A stretch of DNA of 64,000 nucleotides from Moniliella sp. 'wahieum' (Eukaryota). A model generated the notes under the pieces. That model was not told the DNA's origin and did not search any database. It saw only the letters and a list, made by a program, of their open reading frames with translations. Positions 33,701-46,404 of this stretch are shown here, piece after piece. The stretch spans positions 310,001 to 374,000 of the forward strand of contig RSEE01000002.1 of the NCBI GenBank assembly GCA_003971905.1. Direction: 5' to 3'. Position 1 is the stretch's first letter; each line of letters begins with the position of its first letter. The position numbers were made by a program, and so were the translations under genes.

Positions 33701-36700
33701 TCAGGTTCTGAACTACTCTTCCTGGGCGGTGGTGACTTGAGCCCGGGGAAGAGCAACTTCCCTGATGTAGACTTTGAGGGCTCCTTCTGCTCCTTAGGCG
33801 CTGCCGGCGCGTAGTGGCAAAGGGCAGCGAGAACAGAGGCTTTGGTGCAGGTTTGAAGCTTGGGGGGGCAGGCGCTTTCTCCTCTTCAGTAGAAGAAGGG
33901 GGTTTCGATGATGTATCCCTCTGTGCTGGGGGAACAAAAGAAGACCCGGTGGTTCCGCTGGCTGGAAAAGCGAAGCCAAATCCCCCTGTCTTAGGAGGAG
34001 GAGGTGCGGGAGCTGCTTTAAACATAGTAGGCTCGCTAGACGCAGGTGTGGCGGGGATAAAGCAGGCTTGCCTGCAGCGGGGAAAGAAAACCCACTAGAA
34101 GGCCCAGTGGTCGCCAATGGACTACTGGTGGCAGGAGCGATAGATGGAGGCAATGGTGCAGGGGCTGGGGGAGCTACGCGGAAGGCCGGTGCTGACTCCT
34201 GCCCAGCCACTTGCTTCAGAGGGGATGGGGCGAGCGGAGTGGTCTTTGGGAACAGGCGAGTGGGTTGGGGGAAGAGATCGGTCGCTTTTCTCTGCGTTGC
34301 CGTCGCTGGCGCTGTTGTGGGGGTCCGAGGGCCAAGGACGATGGGAGTCCCCGGAGTGAAAATGGTAGGAGACCCAGGCGGAAGATTAGACTCGGGGATG
34401 GGCTCCGTACGCCGAGTAAGAAGTGGAGCGGAACGGGCCTGATCAAAGGCGCTAGCCAAGGCGGGGCCCGTGCGCGTGTGGCTCAGTGCCTGTTTGGCCG
34501 TGCTGGGGGCTGGACGGGATGAGGAGACGAAGGGAGTGGATGAGGGCACGTGCGGCCGACGTGTTGGACGCGACCATGCGAGCGCTGAGTTCCAATTGGT
34601 CCAAAGTGAGCAACGTGACGCGCGACTGGGACGCTAGGTTGCGCATCGTTCGAAAGATAGCGTCGAGGGGTGGGGTCTTCAGGGGCTGCGTGGGCCGTGA
34701 GATTTGAACCCGCAAAGAGACCAGGTAGTCTTCCAACTCACTTGTCCGTCGTTGCACCTCAGCTGTCTTCTTCCGCAATTGGGCCTGAGTTTCCGCCTGC
34801 TCTGGTCCAATCTGCCTGACACGAACCTGGGCAGCGTAGTGGGGGTCCTTCTGGGCTCGAACGAAGCGCGCGGCCTCAGCCTTCTTGGCCTCCAACTTGA
34901 CCGCCCTACTGCGCAATGTCCCCACCCGACTGTTTTCCATTGAGCAACCCTTTTCCAGCGATTCAACTTGGACACGGAGTTCGTCAATCACTGAGTTGAG
35001 TTGCTGGGCGTCGCCCAACGCCCACGGGTGAGAGAGGCCGGCAAGAGTCTTGCCTCCAGTCCGGCGCGTCATGCCAGCAACCTGTTCATCATGTTCCTGG
35101 GCCTGCTCGTTGAGCTGTACAGAAAAAGTTAGTTCATGATCAAGAAGTCAACATGCAACGAAACATACCATCGCCAAGTCTTTCTCGAGAGACTGGTAGA
35201 CATCATAAAACGCAGTTTGGAGTTCCTTCGTAATGATCGCAGGGTCTGGCCCTGCCGGTTTGGGAGGCGAGGGAGGACGTGAGGGCGCAGGAGATGGTGC
35301 GGATCCAGGGGCACCAATAGACGGGAGCTTATCATGGGAAGGAGCTGCATCTTGAGCTGGAGCCAGGGAGGAGGGATACCAGCTTTGGGCGTAGGTTTAG
35401 ACGCACCATCTGCAATGGGCGTAGAGGTAGATGGTTTAGCCTTCTGCTCGGAGGCGGCTAGCGATCCGCCAAATAAGCTGGGCTTGGTCTCCGTCTTTTT
35501 GCCAAAACTGAAGCTGGGCTGGGTCTCCGCAGGAGTACTAGCTTGTTTCCCGAAGAGGGCAGGGGGAGACTGGCCGAAGGAAATTGTTGGGGGTTTGGGT
35601 GGTTGTGATGCCAGGGGGGTTGACTTGCAGTGGCGCCCCCTCCAAAGAGACCCAAAGGAGGCTTTTCCGCGGCAGGTGGGAGGGCTTCGGACTAGGCGGC
35701 AAAGGGGCCGGAGGAACGGCCTTGGACTCCGTAGCTGGGGGTGGTGCCGGAGCCGGAGCAGGAGCCGGAGGTGGAGCCAGGGCCGGGCCGGGGCCTTAGG
35801 AGAGGGAGGTTTTGGTGTCGGATTGGGGTTAGCTTTGAGCGCGTCTCCAAGTCCGCCAAAGCTAAAGGACGAAGGAGCTTCACCCACCTCCTTGGAAAGT
35901 CCAGCAGAGGAAGGTTGCTTTGGCGACTTGGGAGTTGTCGTAGGGGCGCCTTCAGGCTTACTAAAGCCAAGGCGATGGAGCTGCATCGTTCTTCTCCTCT
36001 GGTTTCTTTCCAAAGATACTGGCTTGATTCCCAAACACGGGGGCTGGTGGCTTGGTAAGTGGTCCGCCTGCACCAAAGATATTGGACGATGAAGTGTTCT
36101 TGGCCAGCGCACCGAACCCTCCCTGGTTGGAACCGGTCAAGCTGGCAAACCCGCCCGTTGAAGGTGCCGCAAACGCTGACTTGCCTGATCTGGTTGTGCA
36201 GCGCCCGACGTTTGACCAAAGCCCGTGCTGCGCTTGGCTGCGTCACCAAATCCGCTAAAAGCAGTTGGGGCCTGGGGAGCTTGACCAAACGCTGACGACT
36301 GGCCAAATGCACTGGTTTGTCCGAAGGCTGATGGCTTGCCAAACGCGCTCGACTGGCCAAACGCGCTGGGTTGGCCAAACCCGCTCGGCTTGCCAAAAGC
36401 GCTGGGTTGGCCAAACCCGCTCGGCTGACCAAACCCACTCGGTTGGCCAAACGCGCTGGGCTTAGCAAGTGCACTCCCAGGCGGGGCCGCAGGGAGTGGT
36501 TGTCGTCCCAAAACCAAACCCAGCTGAAGGGGCCGAGGGAGTGGCGTGAGCGCCAAATCCGATCGAAGGTTGTGGTGTAGCCGGCGCAGCGCTCGAGGGA
36601 GCTCCCGGGGCAAGCGAAGACGATCGTCGGGGTTAGCTGCCGCAACGTGGGGGTAAGGAGTGCCGTCGACAGAGATGATGTGGTACTGGAGCAGGATACC

Positions 36701-37811
36701 GTCGTCGGTGTAGACGAGCAAGATGGGCATGGGCGGGAACTTGTCTTTGCCCTCTTCTCCCTTCGCTTCGGCATTCGGATCATCGGTGCGGTCTTCAGCG
36801 CTAAGATCAAGTGCCAAACCAACGGGTTGGGTATCCACGCTCGAATCGGTAGTCGACACGGGGAGTAGGCCGTGCGGTTTCTTGAAGTTCTAGGTAAGCC
36901 ACCCACCCACGTCGGCACCTGGGTTCCCCTCTCCAGGTTGAGCACCGAGGGCGCCAATGTCCGTGCTCGCCACATTGCCAACGAAGAGGAGATGCTTGAT
37001 CCCTCCCCAGTGGCGAAGTGCCGCAGCTAGGCGGAAGGAGCGCTCTCCCCGGCAAAGTTCATGGCGGGGTCAACGGGGACTTTGACGTGCGTAAGGTTCT
37101 TAGTCGCTTGATCCCGAAGCAAAATGTAAACCTGCTCTTCCCCATCTTCGGCTTCGGGTAGTGGGGCATAGGTGACAACAAGACATGGTTCTCCAACCAG
37201 CGCACATCAACTGCCGCTCCACGCCGGAGGGGGAGGTAACTCTGCGGCCATCTTGCCTTGTGGGTATACTGCAGGACCTTTCCATCGGCCATACCAAGCG
37301 CAACTTGCTTTCCAACGTGAGACCAGCACGCAGCGCTGACCCTGGGCAAGAAGACTGGGGAGCCATCCAATGGAAGGAAGTAGGCATCCCCGGCGATTGA
37401 TGCGGCCGAGGCGTAAATACCGACAGCTAGTTCGGGGTGGGCACCAGGATTGGCCAGGAGTTCGATGAGGGTGGCACCCGGCAGGAGAGGAAATGATGGA
37501 GGAGGGGGAGCTCTCACCCACCGCAGTAGGGGGAAGAAGGGCCACACGGCCGTCGGCGAGACCGAGCAAGAGCTTGCCGTCCTGAGTCCAGTCGACAAAC
37601 ACGGCATTTGCTCCGAGCGGCGAGAGAGCCATGGGCATACGGAGTGGGGGCAGTGCGGTTGAGTGATGGGCGGCGACAGCAGCTCGCGCGCGGGCAGCGA
37701 GTGCACCGCCCATCCGTCGGCAGATGGCGACGGCGACGCGTGCTGGGCGGTGGAGAGGAGGAAGCGGGCGAGGACAAGGCGAGGTCGCCAGCAGGCGACC
37801 GGCTGAGCCAT
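30716..37811 (-). CDS. Nup159/Nup214-like FG nucleoporin (propeller - FG - coiled coil - FG/acidic tail); intron 35115-35168; many frameshifts
   Basis: Propeller-like VSAACWSHVGKQVALGMADGKVLQYT, DVRWLENHV, PVGLALDLS, PPMPILLVYTDDGILLQY; PSAFGQ/PSGFGQ repeats; coiled coil KLEAKKAEAARFVRAQKDPHYAAQVRVRQIGPEQAETQAQLRK..ELEDYL..PPLDAIFRTMRNL; acidic end EEHSSEGNDE*. Confidence 0.85.
32094..32352 (-). repeat. 12-bp coding minisatellite, about 20 units encoding PKEE
   Basis: Plus strand (ggctcctcctta)n grading into (ggttcctccttg)n; minus strand CCT/CCC AAG GAG GAG. Confidence 0.92.
36270..36465 (-). repeat. 18-bp FG repeats ([PS]S[AG]FG[QK]), about 10 units
   Basis: KPSAFGQPSGFGQPSGFGQPSAFGKPSGFGQPSAFGQSSAFGKPSAFGQTSAFGQSSAFGQ. 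Confidence 0.92.
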
Positions 37812-38076
37812 CGGGGACGCGGAGGGGAGGGCTGAGGCGCAGGTTGACGCCTGCAGAGCTCGCTCACTGGAGTGCGTCCAACTGGCCTTCGCCGGCCTCC
37901 ATCGTTGCGGGTGGTGGTGGTGGAAAAACGACGGACAGACAAGCGAGCATCAGGCGGAACGGCCGAGCAGATGCTTACGTACGCGCCCGAAACTCCCGCT
38001 TCCCAGCTGCGCAGGGCCGTGCGCCGAAACTTTCACACCCACTGCGTCTCTTGGCCCGCTGCCTCCCTCCACCAGC

Positions 38077-39357
38077 ATGAGCCCGCGCCCCCTCGCCGCC
38101 TTTCTCAAGCAGCAGAAGCAGGCCTTCCTCGGCCTCCCGGCCTCCCCCGCAAGCTCACCCTCGTCAGCGGCAACGAGTCCGGTGACCTGACTCGCTCGTG
38201 TGCGCTCTGAGCGTGGGCTACGCTCTTCACGCCTACCCTATCCTGCAGACGCGCGCCCGCGACCTACCGCTTCGGCCCGAAAACATCCTTGCCCTCCGTG
38301 CGGGCGGGGTGGACGTGCGGGACGTAATTAACCTGGACGACGTTGAAGCGACACTTCCCAAGCTCTCAAGCGCGGCAGTGGAGATCGTATTGGTGGACCA
38401 CAACCGTCTGACGAGCAGCCTGAGCCAATTCGATCCCAAGGTGATTGCCCTGCTGGACCAGTGCGTGCACCTCTCTTCGCGCTACCGAACTTGATCTAAC
38501 TTCATGTACTCAAATGTAGCCATGTGGACGAGGGATTATATCTTTCTGCATCCCCAAGGACCATTCTTCCCCCTGAGGAGTGTGGGTCATGCTCCTCCCT
38601 CGTCACCCGGGCCTTCCAGCGCGGATGGCTTGCACCACTGGTGGATGGGAAGCCACAAGAGCTAAACTGCGAGGTGGCGCGCTTGCTTCTCTCGGCCAAT
38701 CTGATTGACACACATAATCTCGATCCGACTATCGGCAAGGCGCACGCTGTGGACCATGAGGCGGCCTCGCTCCTGTCTTCCCTCGCTCAAGTTCCCCTTG
38801 GTGTGTCCTCGTCGGCAATTTCGGCCCTCAGCTTGAAACAAGACCCAACAAACAGTGAACGCAGCGCAGCTGTACAACGCCCTATCTGAGGCCAAAAATG
38901 ATGTTTCTGGTTTGGACACTCTCCAGCTGCTCACCCGAGACTACAAGCAGTACACCTGGGACGGCCCAGATGGGAGCAAATGGGAGGTGGGGCTGGGAAC
39001 AGTGCCAGAACCGCTCGAAAATTGGTTAAGCCGCGAGGGCCTAGCAAGTTTATTTCGGGGTGCAAAGAGTTTTCCCAAGAGCACCATCTCGATCTCTTAG
39101 GCGTCCTCACTTCTTTTGAGAAGGAGGGTACGTTCCAGAGGCAAGTCGTGGTCTACTCTCCGGGGGAGAAGGGCACGTTTGACCAATTTGTCGCGACGGC
39201 TGAGCAAGATTCGAGGGAGTCTCTCGACCTGGTCCCGCTCGAATGTAAGGACCTGGCGGGAAATTTCTTCGTTTGGCAACAACGCCAGACTCGCTCGACT
39301 CGCAAGCAGGTTGCCCCCGCGTTTTCCAAGGTGGTATCCAAGGTCCATCCGGCCTAG
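38077..39357 (+). CDS. PPX1: Exopolyphosphatase (DHH/DHHA2, Ppx1/prune family); intron about 38461-38519
   Basis: LVSGNESGDL(DS); LPLRPEN; VLVDHN; LLDH|HVDEG; CGSCSSLV; NLIDT; QLLTRDYKQY; WQQRQTRSTRKQVAP. Confidence 0.93.
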
Positions 39358-39575
39358 TAGTTTTTTTGCCTTTTAATTGTTGCACAAGTGCCTGCCACAA
39401 GCTACTGCTGTTTCGTTCCAGTTAGATGGCTCATCGTTAGTTGACTGGTTGTGTGTGGGCTCTACCAGTGCCCTTGTCGAGCCAGAGTGTAAAGGCGCCT
39501 CAGCTATCATATGACGTCGATCGTCCCCATATTCGCTTGGATTGCTTCCGTCGCATGCGTCACGCGCATCAGAGG

Positions 39576-41556
39576 ATGGATGCGGTACGCGTAACCGGCA
39601 CGATATATCGCGATAGACCATCCAGTCGGGCTGAAACATTGCAATTTGATTGCAGATGCGCTTAGCTTCGCGTCGCGCTCTGAGCAACGCTTGACCCACC
39701 TCCCACCGTTCCTCCCCCCAGCTGCTCGGAATGACCGAAGGAAAACAGTTCTTCAACGGCAGCCAGGCCCTGCTGGACCATATCCAGCAAGCCTTTCGTG
39801 AGCCTGGGATTCTTCTTTCCCAGGCGGGGACGCTGCGCGTGAGGCTCATTTCTCCTCCCCGCGTGTGATCCGGAACTGTTTGGCCTGGCCCATGCCGCCG
39901 GCGCGCCCGCTGCGCCAATCAAAGTGTGGGCGGAAGAGCTTCTCGTGACGGGCATCTGGACACCGGAGGCAGACCCAAGCGCGGACAAGATCATTTACGC
40001 CTTAAGTCTAGACCTCTTCACCCTGCCGGCCTACCGGTCTGGCGTGGTGTATGTGTCGAAGCTGGATACGACCGGATATGCCCCCCCCTCGTTGGCGCCA
40101 GACCTAAGAGAGGCACGAGTCAAGTTTGGGGGAGGAAGCGCACGACAATTGCAAAGTTACTCACCGAGAGCGTGCTTTCCTACTTTGTCCAGCTGGGACA
40201 TTGGCGACTCCCTTCTACGGCGGCAGACGAAGAGGAGAGATACGCGGTGGACCATGTCTCACTCCATGTACTTGCCCGCGCACAACACGCGTACCTCTTC
40301 CCCTGGTCCAACAAGGGAGAAGGAAAACATATTCTCACAGACAAGCAACTGATTCGGTGGTGGCGCTCGGTCCTCACTTGCGTGCTCTCTTCTGCCAATG
40401 AAGACCAACCTTCGTCTCAGAGCACTTCTTCCGCCAAGGCTCCCTGGACCCAGCTTTCTATCTCATCCCCGGATTTTCCAGTTAGAATCGACCGAGGTAC
40501 TCCCTTTGCCGTCCACGAGAGTGTGGAAGTACGGCGAGCCGTACACGCACGTCTGGCCAAAGGAAGGGGGGAACTTCCTCCCGCTTTACCACCCGGGCGT
40601 CCCTTCGACCTCCTCCCCCCCAACCGGAAGGGTGTGCGTCCATCTCAAGTTGGGACCAAGTATCTAGGGACAGGAGAAGAAGCGACGGAGCTAAGCATTG
40701 CCGCCCTCGTTCCGTCGTTTGACGATGATCCCAAAGGTCGTTTCCTTGCCGAGCTGGTGGAAGAGGCTTACGATCAAGGGCGGGGCATCAAGGTTGGGCA
40801 CAAACGAAAGACGTCCTTGGATTCTGGACCTCAAGCTAAAAAGGTCAAGCCGGAACAGAGCGAGTCGGGGGTAGGGGTGCCTGAACCTCCCCGAGACGGA
40901 CTCAGATCTGCTCCGGATCAAGAACAAGAGCCTGACAAAACCCCCAGCGCGACTGGCCTTGCGCCTACTGCAGTCCTGACACCACCCAAAAAGACTTTTG
41001 GAAAGAGCGGGCGCAGTTGGACAAGGTGTCCCCGGCCGAATTCTGGGAACGGATGGGGTTTCGGCAAGAGTGCAACTGGGCACGGCGGTGGGCGTGTTTG
41101 TGGTCCTAGTCCAGCGCACTGGTGGGACGTCGGCACCCCCTGTTGCTTCTATTTCGCAGGCTAGCGAGACAGAGCCCGCCCCACCCCTGCCACGGAAAGC
41201 TGGCGCACGGTTCTGGGAGCATTGCCGGGCAAAACACTGCATGAGCTGGTCATCCGCCTCCTGTTGCTCGATAAGAACGATTGGTCTACCGCGGCCTCGG
41301 CGACGGAACTGACACACAAGTGGATGCAGACGCTGACGAATATGGAGCGGCGGAAAGGCGAGGTACCTCGGTCGGGGTCTGATGGTGCAGCGCCCGAAAG
41401 TCCTCAGACCTATGTTTTGCTCCGCATTGCTCCACCCCCGGCGGAGGGGTGGAGCAAGCTAAAGTACGTGCGCAGCAGATCGAAGCAGAGCGCCAAGCAT
41501 ACGTGCCGCCCAAGCCAAGGGCACTGACGGTCAAGCGCAAGAAGCGTACTACCTAA
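39576..41556 (+). CDS. RTT109: Histone H3K56 acetyltransferase Rtt109; probable short first exon and intron about 39585-39655
   Basis: VYVSKLDTTGY; LHVLARAQHAYLFPWS..KHILTDKQLIRWWRSVL; VPSFDDDPKGRFL; EFWERMGFRQEC; basic end ALTVKRKKRTT*. Confidence 0.9.
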
Positions 41557-41759
41557 ACTGGAGAAGGGGAATAGAAATGTATAACTGCCAGAACAGGCGT
41601 AATACCAAGACTGATAAGGCCTTCCTACGTTGGCACGTTGAGCGCGCCAGAGTGAGTATCCAGCTGGCCCACGATCAAGTCCAACGCAAAGAAGTGCAAA
41701 ATGATAGTCAAAGAGGCCTAAGGCATCTGCTGAAACCGTCAGTGAAGACACAGGGGTGT

Positions 41760-44041
41760 TAGTTACCTTGCCGCACGTCGAACTTCAACTGTTGATCCAT
41801 AACTTAATCGTGCCGAACTTTCTTCGATGCTACGCAGATGTCAGCCACATGAGTGCGGAATGGTGCAAGCAGTTGAGGGGAAACGTACTTATCTCCACCT
41901 CAAATTCTTCCTCCTCACGGGTATGTTTGAGCGTGGCAGTGTCGGTAGTTGAGCCCTTGTCGGTGCTAGATCCATCTTCATAAGCACGTTGGGTAGAAGG
42001 GGAAGAGGGGGAGCCAATGCTCGAGCCGTGATCCTTTTCATCTTTTTGTAAAGCAGCGTCATCCGTACCCTGTCGTCCGTGCGTCTGTGCCGAACCCTTT
42101 TCAAATTGGCCAGTGAGAACATGCTTCACGTCCCCAACATCCTTCCAGGTGTTCGCCTCCTGCACATTTCCCGAATCTGTAGGCGTACCCTTTTCCCTCC
42201 CGAAAAGATGTATCGGTTTGGGGTGAGTTGGTAACCTCGCTTTCTTTGGACGTATCCTCCTCCTCTGGCTCATCCGCTTCGTCTTCCCCGACAAGGAAAT
42301 TGTAGCGAGTGATGAACCTCGGGCCTTCGTCCACCGAAACCATCAGTGGGCCATCGACATGCTTCTGATGCACCATGACCATCTCTTTCAATAGCAGTTC
42401 AGAAGTGAACACATGATCCTGCAAGCACATGGTCAGTATCACGTATCCATGTAGCGATGCCGAGCATGCACCGAGGGGAGACGACGTACCTCATTCAACT
42501 GCAGGTCTAACAAGGGGAATGTCAACAAAAGTTCGATCTGCTCCTGGAGGTAGTCGGCCAACCATTCCCGTATCCGTTGGAAAAATACCAACATGGACTG
42601 GCCCAAGAGCACCTCATAATCCGCCACCAGCACTAGCGCTTGCACTGGCTGCTCGTCCACCCCCAAGACAGTGACCAGGGGTGGAGGTTCTTCCCCCACC
42701 TCTTTCTCCGACAGGATGGCAAACGTGCACGCCCCGAATGTCAACTGAATGCTTGGTTCCAGCCTGTCCTCCTTGTTTGCCAAATCCATCCCAGGGGCAG
42801 GCTGATCCTGCTCCACGGGAGGATCACCCACATTTGGGCTCTCCTCTGTATCCGCAAGCGAGTGATGGGCAGAAGCTTCCTCCCCCGAAGGGGCAAACGC
42901 GCCGGGGTTCTCCTCTGCCTCCGTAAGGGGGATGCCTGCTTTAGAGGTTGCAACAGGCGATTTGGCGTCCACTGGACCTTGCGACCCAACTGGCGAATCG
43001 GCGCCCTCTGTATCCCCACTCCCAATAAGTAACCCAACGCCCTCGGTATCCTTATCCTTAGGGACAGAATCAGAGGTGACTTCCTGGGCAGACGAGGGTG
43101 GAACGCGCTCAAAATCAGCCTCGTGCTCGGAAGGGGCCTCCGCATCTGAGCCAGTAGGAGCAGGACGAAGGCCGGGACTAGTGTCCTGCGCGGGGCTTGT
43201 GTTGGTACCGACGTCGGTCTCGTTCACTGGCTTGGCTTTCGGAGGCAGCTGATCCACTCGTGGCGATGCAGGTTCCAATTCCGTACATTGTTCTGGAACC
43301 AAACTAGCCCTTTCTACCGAACCAACTTCGGGGGCAGTAACTGGCACAGCCGCGGAAATATCTCCTGACTCCTTCGTCGGCCAAACCTCCTGGGACAGGA
43401 CGTCATCTTGGGCCGCATCTTGCGCCGGCCCCGGCCCCTGCGTGTTGCCTGACAGATCTGCTCCTGCCTCAGCGGTGTTCTCCCGTGGGGAGGCATGGTG
43501 CATGTAAGGTGGGTGCTGGCTTGACAGTGGTTCGGCAGGTGGTTGTGGGCCGGGCAACGCCACCGATGGTCCAGCAGTCTCTTGAGGGGCAACGAACGCG
43601 GCCGCTTCAGGAGACGTGGGGTGGTCTGCGGGTTTCATGCGGGGGAACGGCGAGCTCGAGTTGCGGGTGGAACGGGGACTGCATAGGAAGGACGGATGCT
43701 CCTGGGACACGGTCCGCTGCCTCCCCAGTTGGGTGCTGGCCTAAATCGATTAAGTGCGCCTCGGCGTGCATGGGGGAAAGGGGCGCAGGGGGTTCGGGAT
43801 CGGCGCGCGTCTCAAGCTCGGATTCGAGGACGACGTCGAAAGGGGAGCCCGGCGCGGTGGAGTGCGGTTCCTCTGCCATGGGTTCAAGGTCAAAGTCGAC
43901 AGGCATGGGCTCGCTGGGCGGGAGCATCTCGTAGTCCACGTCGGCGGGATCAGCGGGATCCGCCCCACTGGCGGGGGCATCGTCCATAACGGCGTCCCAA
44001 GCGTCGACATAGGGCGAGGGCATGTCCATGTCGGCATCCAT
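41760..44041 (-). CDS. Acidic, largely disordered protein with DUF2420/Rmr1-like domain; introns 42419-42489 and about 41830-41888; 3' end approximate
   Basis: LVFFQRIREWL..ELLLTFPLLDLQLNE|DHVFTSELLLKEMVMVH..PLMVSVDEGPRFITRYNFL flanked by long D/E/P/S-rich regions; start MDADMDMP. Confidence 0.7.
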
Positions 44042-44563
44042 CGCAGCGGTCAACTTGGGGGAGACGAGTAAGGGCGAGTTGCTGGTAGCACTTGGTTGGG
44101 CAGAACCAAAGCCTGGGTCGCCCCTCTGGTTTAAAGCTTAATCGGCAGCCGGATAATCGATAACCCTTAATCAGCTTAAGCAGACCCAGCAGGCCGCCGC
44201 AGCGCCCAGCACCAAACGCCCCAAGCAGCCCCAGGAGGCCCAGGTCCAGGGTTGTGAGGCGGAATGCGCCGACTGTGGCCCAGTGCCTCCTAGCAAAGGC
44301 GCTGTGCTGCGTGGCAGTTCTGGGCGAGCAATTAAGTTGTCGCCCAAAGCATTCTTAGCTTTCTTCCCTGACCTCAGGCTGAGGCCTCACCTTTGGCTTA
44401 TCGCCCAAGACTCTCTCCAGACCTCCCTTCCCCCCCGTTCGGCCGTGTAACGCTTCTGGCTGGACTCCCCAAAGATCCCCGTTTCCCCTAATTGACTGAT
44501 CGTCGATCTTGTGTCGATAGGCACCACAATACGAATAAGTCAAAGGTCCTCGACGATCCTAAC

Positions 44564-46404
44564 ATGTCGCATCAATTGACTAGAGCCCCCGCTCGGGCCG
44601 CTTCGGTTCCCCCACCTCCAACCACGGCGTCCGGTGAAGAGTGGGATGCGTGGTACCGATCCCACTGGACACAACGCCTCGTCCGTGAAGAAGAGCTCGC
44701 TGCGGCGGCGGCGGAAGACGCCCGTGCGGATCGTGCCACGCTCCGTCGTATACTGGAACAGCAGATGGCCCAGCAGGAGCAACTGAAGGAGGTGTTGTCA
44801 CATCTAGCGGCTATTGCGGATCGCCAATCTGCCGCCGAACGCGAGCTGGCTAAACACTCCACAAACACGGACCGCCGCACGGTTGCCGAGGCAGGCAAGG
44901 TGGCGGCCGAGTCGCTTCGGTTCTTCGACGCTACGTCGGCGTGGGAGCTGCCCGAGTGGCTCACGTCGGTGGAAACCAACGCGCGCTGGGCTCTTGAGAT
45001 GGTCTGGCCTGTGACGGGCGAGCACCCGGACTTCCATCGCATCTGTATCCAAGCAGCAATGGCCCGCACTTCGGGAGATGTGCGGGAGTCGATTGAGGAG
45101 AATCTGACGAAAAGATTGGCCAGCGGCGCGGGCAGGCCTATTGGCACGGTATCCACCTCAGGCCGGTCTAGCCTTGCTCAAGGAGACCATTCGCGAGGGT
45201 ACCATCCGGTATGGTGGTACGGACTTGTGCGGGCCATTCAGCTGGCCAAACGTGATATGGCGGTTCTGCGGAAATATACACGGGGTGAAGCGCACCTGGA
45301 GAGGGACCTGATCAAGAAGCTTGCGGATCGTTTCCCTAAACATGGTCCCACGGCTGGGATTTACTACGCAGCAACTTGCGACCGTACCCAGGAGCAGGCG
45401 CTAGAGCACCTCCTCGAGCGAGCGACGTACTACGCCAGCGTGGACGAGCCTCCAAAGTGGGTAGGCAAGCTGCCAGAACACACGGATGGTACTCTCGCAG
45501 CAACACGCAGTACTCTTCCTCTCGCCCGATCAGAGAAGACCCAGACTACTGATACGCCCGGATCAGCCGGCCTCTTGGCGGCGATTGCCGAGCCTACGGA
45601 GATCACGCACGCAGACCAACTCAGCGTCACCGAGCCCCCTCTTAAGGTCCGCAAGGACTTCCGCGGGCCGGCCAAATGGGACGAGGATCCCCTCAGCCTC
45701 CCCGCATGGATCTTCGAATTCGAAGAACTGTTGGAAGCTTACGACATTGACCCTGCCTCCAAGGCCAGTGGTTCGCTCGCGAAAGAGTTCATCGTCGGCC
45801 CCTACCTGGAGACCGCTAGACTCGCCACGCTGCCCCCCATGCGAACTGCTGGATTAACTTTAAGCTAGGGCTCCTCCGCTCCGTCGATCCTCGCAACGCG
45901 CTTGACGATCACCTGGCCAAGGTTCGGGGCGGCCACTACTACCAGAACCTTGTACCACGTGAGCTGCCGAATCGTGTTCGCGCGGACTACGCCCTCTTGG
46001 GTGCTGCCGGTGTCTATGACATACAGAAGAATGCCATTGCGAGCGTCAACATTCTCCTTGGCACTGCTCTGCAAGAGTAGCGGACGCTCATTGCCCCTGG
46101 GATACCTGGGTCGCCAAGCTGAACAGCGGCATTCGCGCAGCGGTCCGGATGAATCAAGCGTGGGTCAACCGCTCCAAAGCGTCCATGGCTGCCCGCCTGG
46201 CCCCGCCGGCGGGTACAGTACCATCTCCCGCCCTGTTGACGCCTGCAGCAACGGTTGCCAGCAGTTTGTCAAAACGCAGGCCAAGAAGAGAGACTGGTCG
46301 AACGCATTCGCCGCGAAGCTTTTGCAGCCTTACAGTCTCAGCAGTCGCACGCCACCGGCGGCCCTAACCCGAGCGTAACGAGTGATCCTCAGGATTTTAT
46401 TTGA
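44564..46404 (+). CDS. Retrotransposon Gag-like protein: coiled coil plus two capsid-like modules; no pol or LTR seen; frameshifted
   Basis: Coiled coil RLVREEELAAAAAEDARADRATLRRILEQQMAQQEQLKEVLSHLAAIADRQ; module 1 LRFFDATSAWELPEWLTSVE..CIQAAMARTSGDVRESI; module 2 KDFRGPAKWDEDPLSLPAWIFEFEELLEAYDID..(shift)CWINFKLGLLRSV; reconstructed end SDPQDFI-TGA. Confidence 0.55.
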
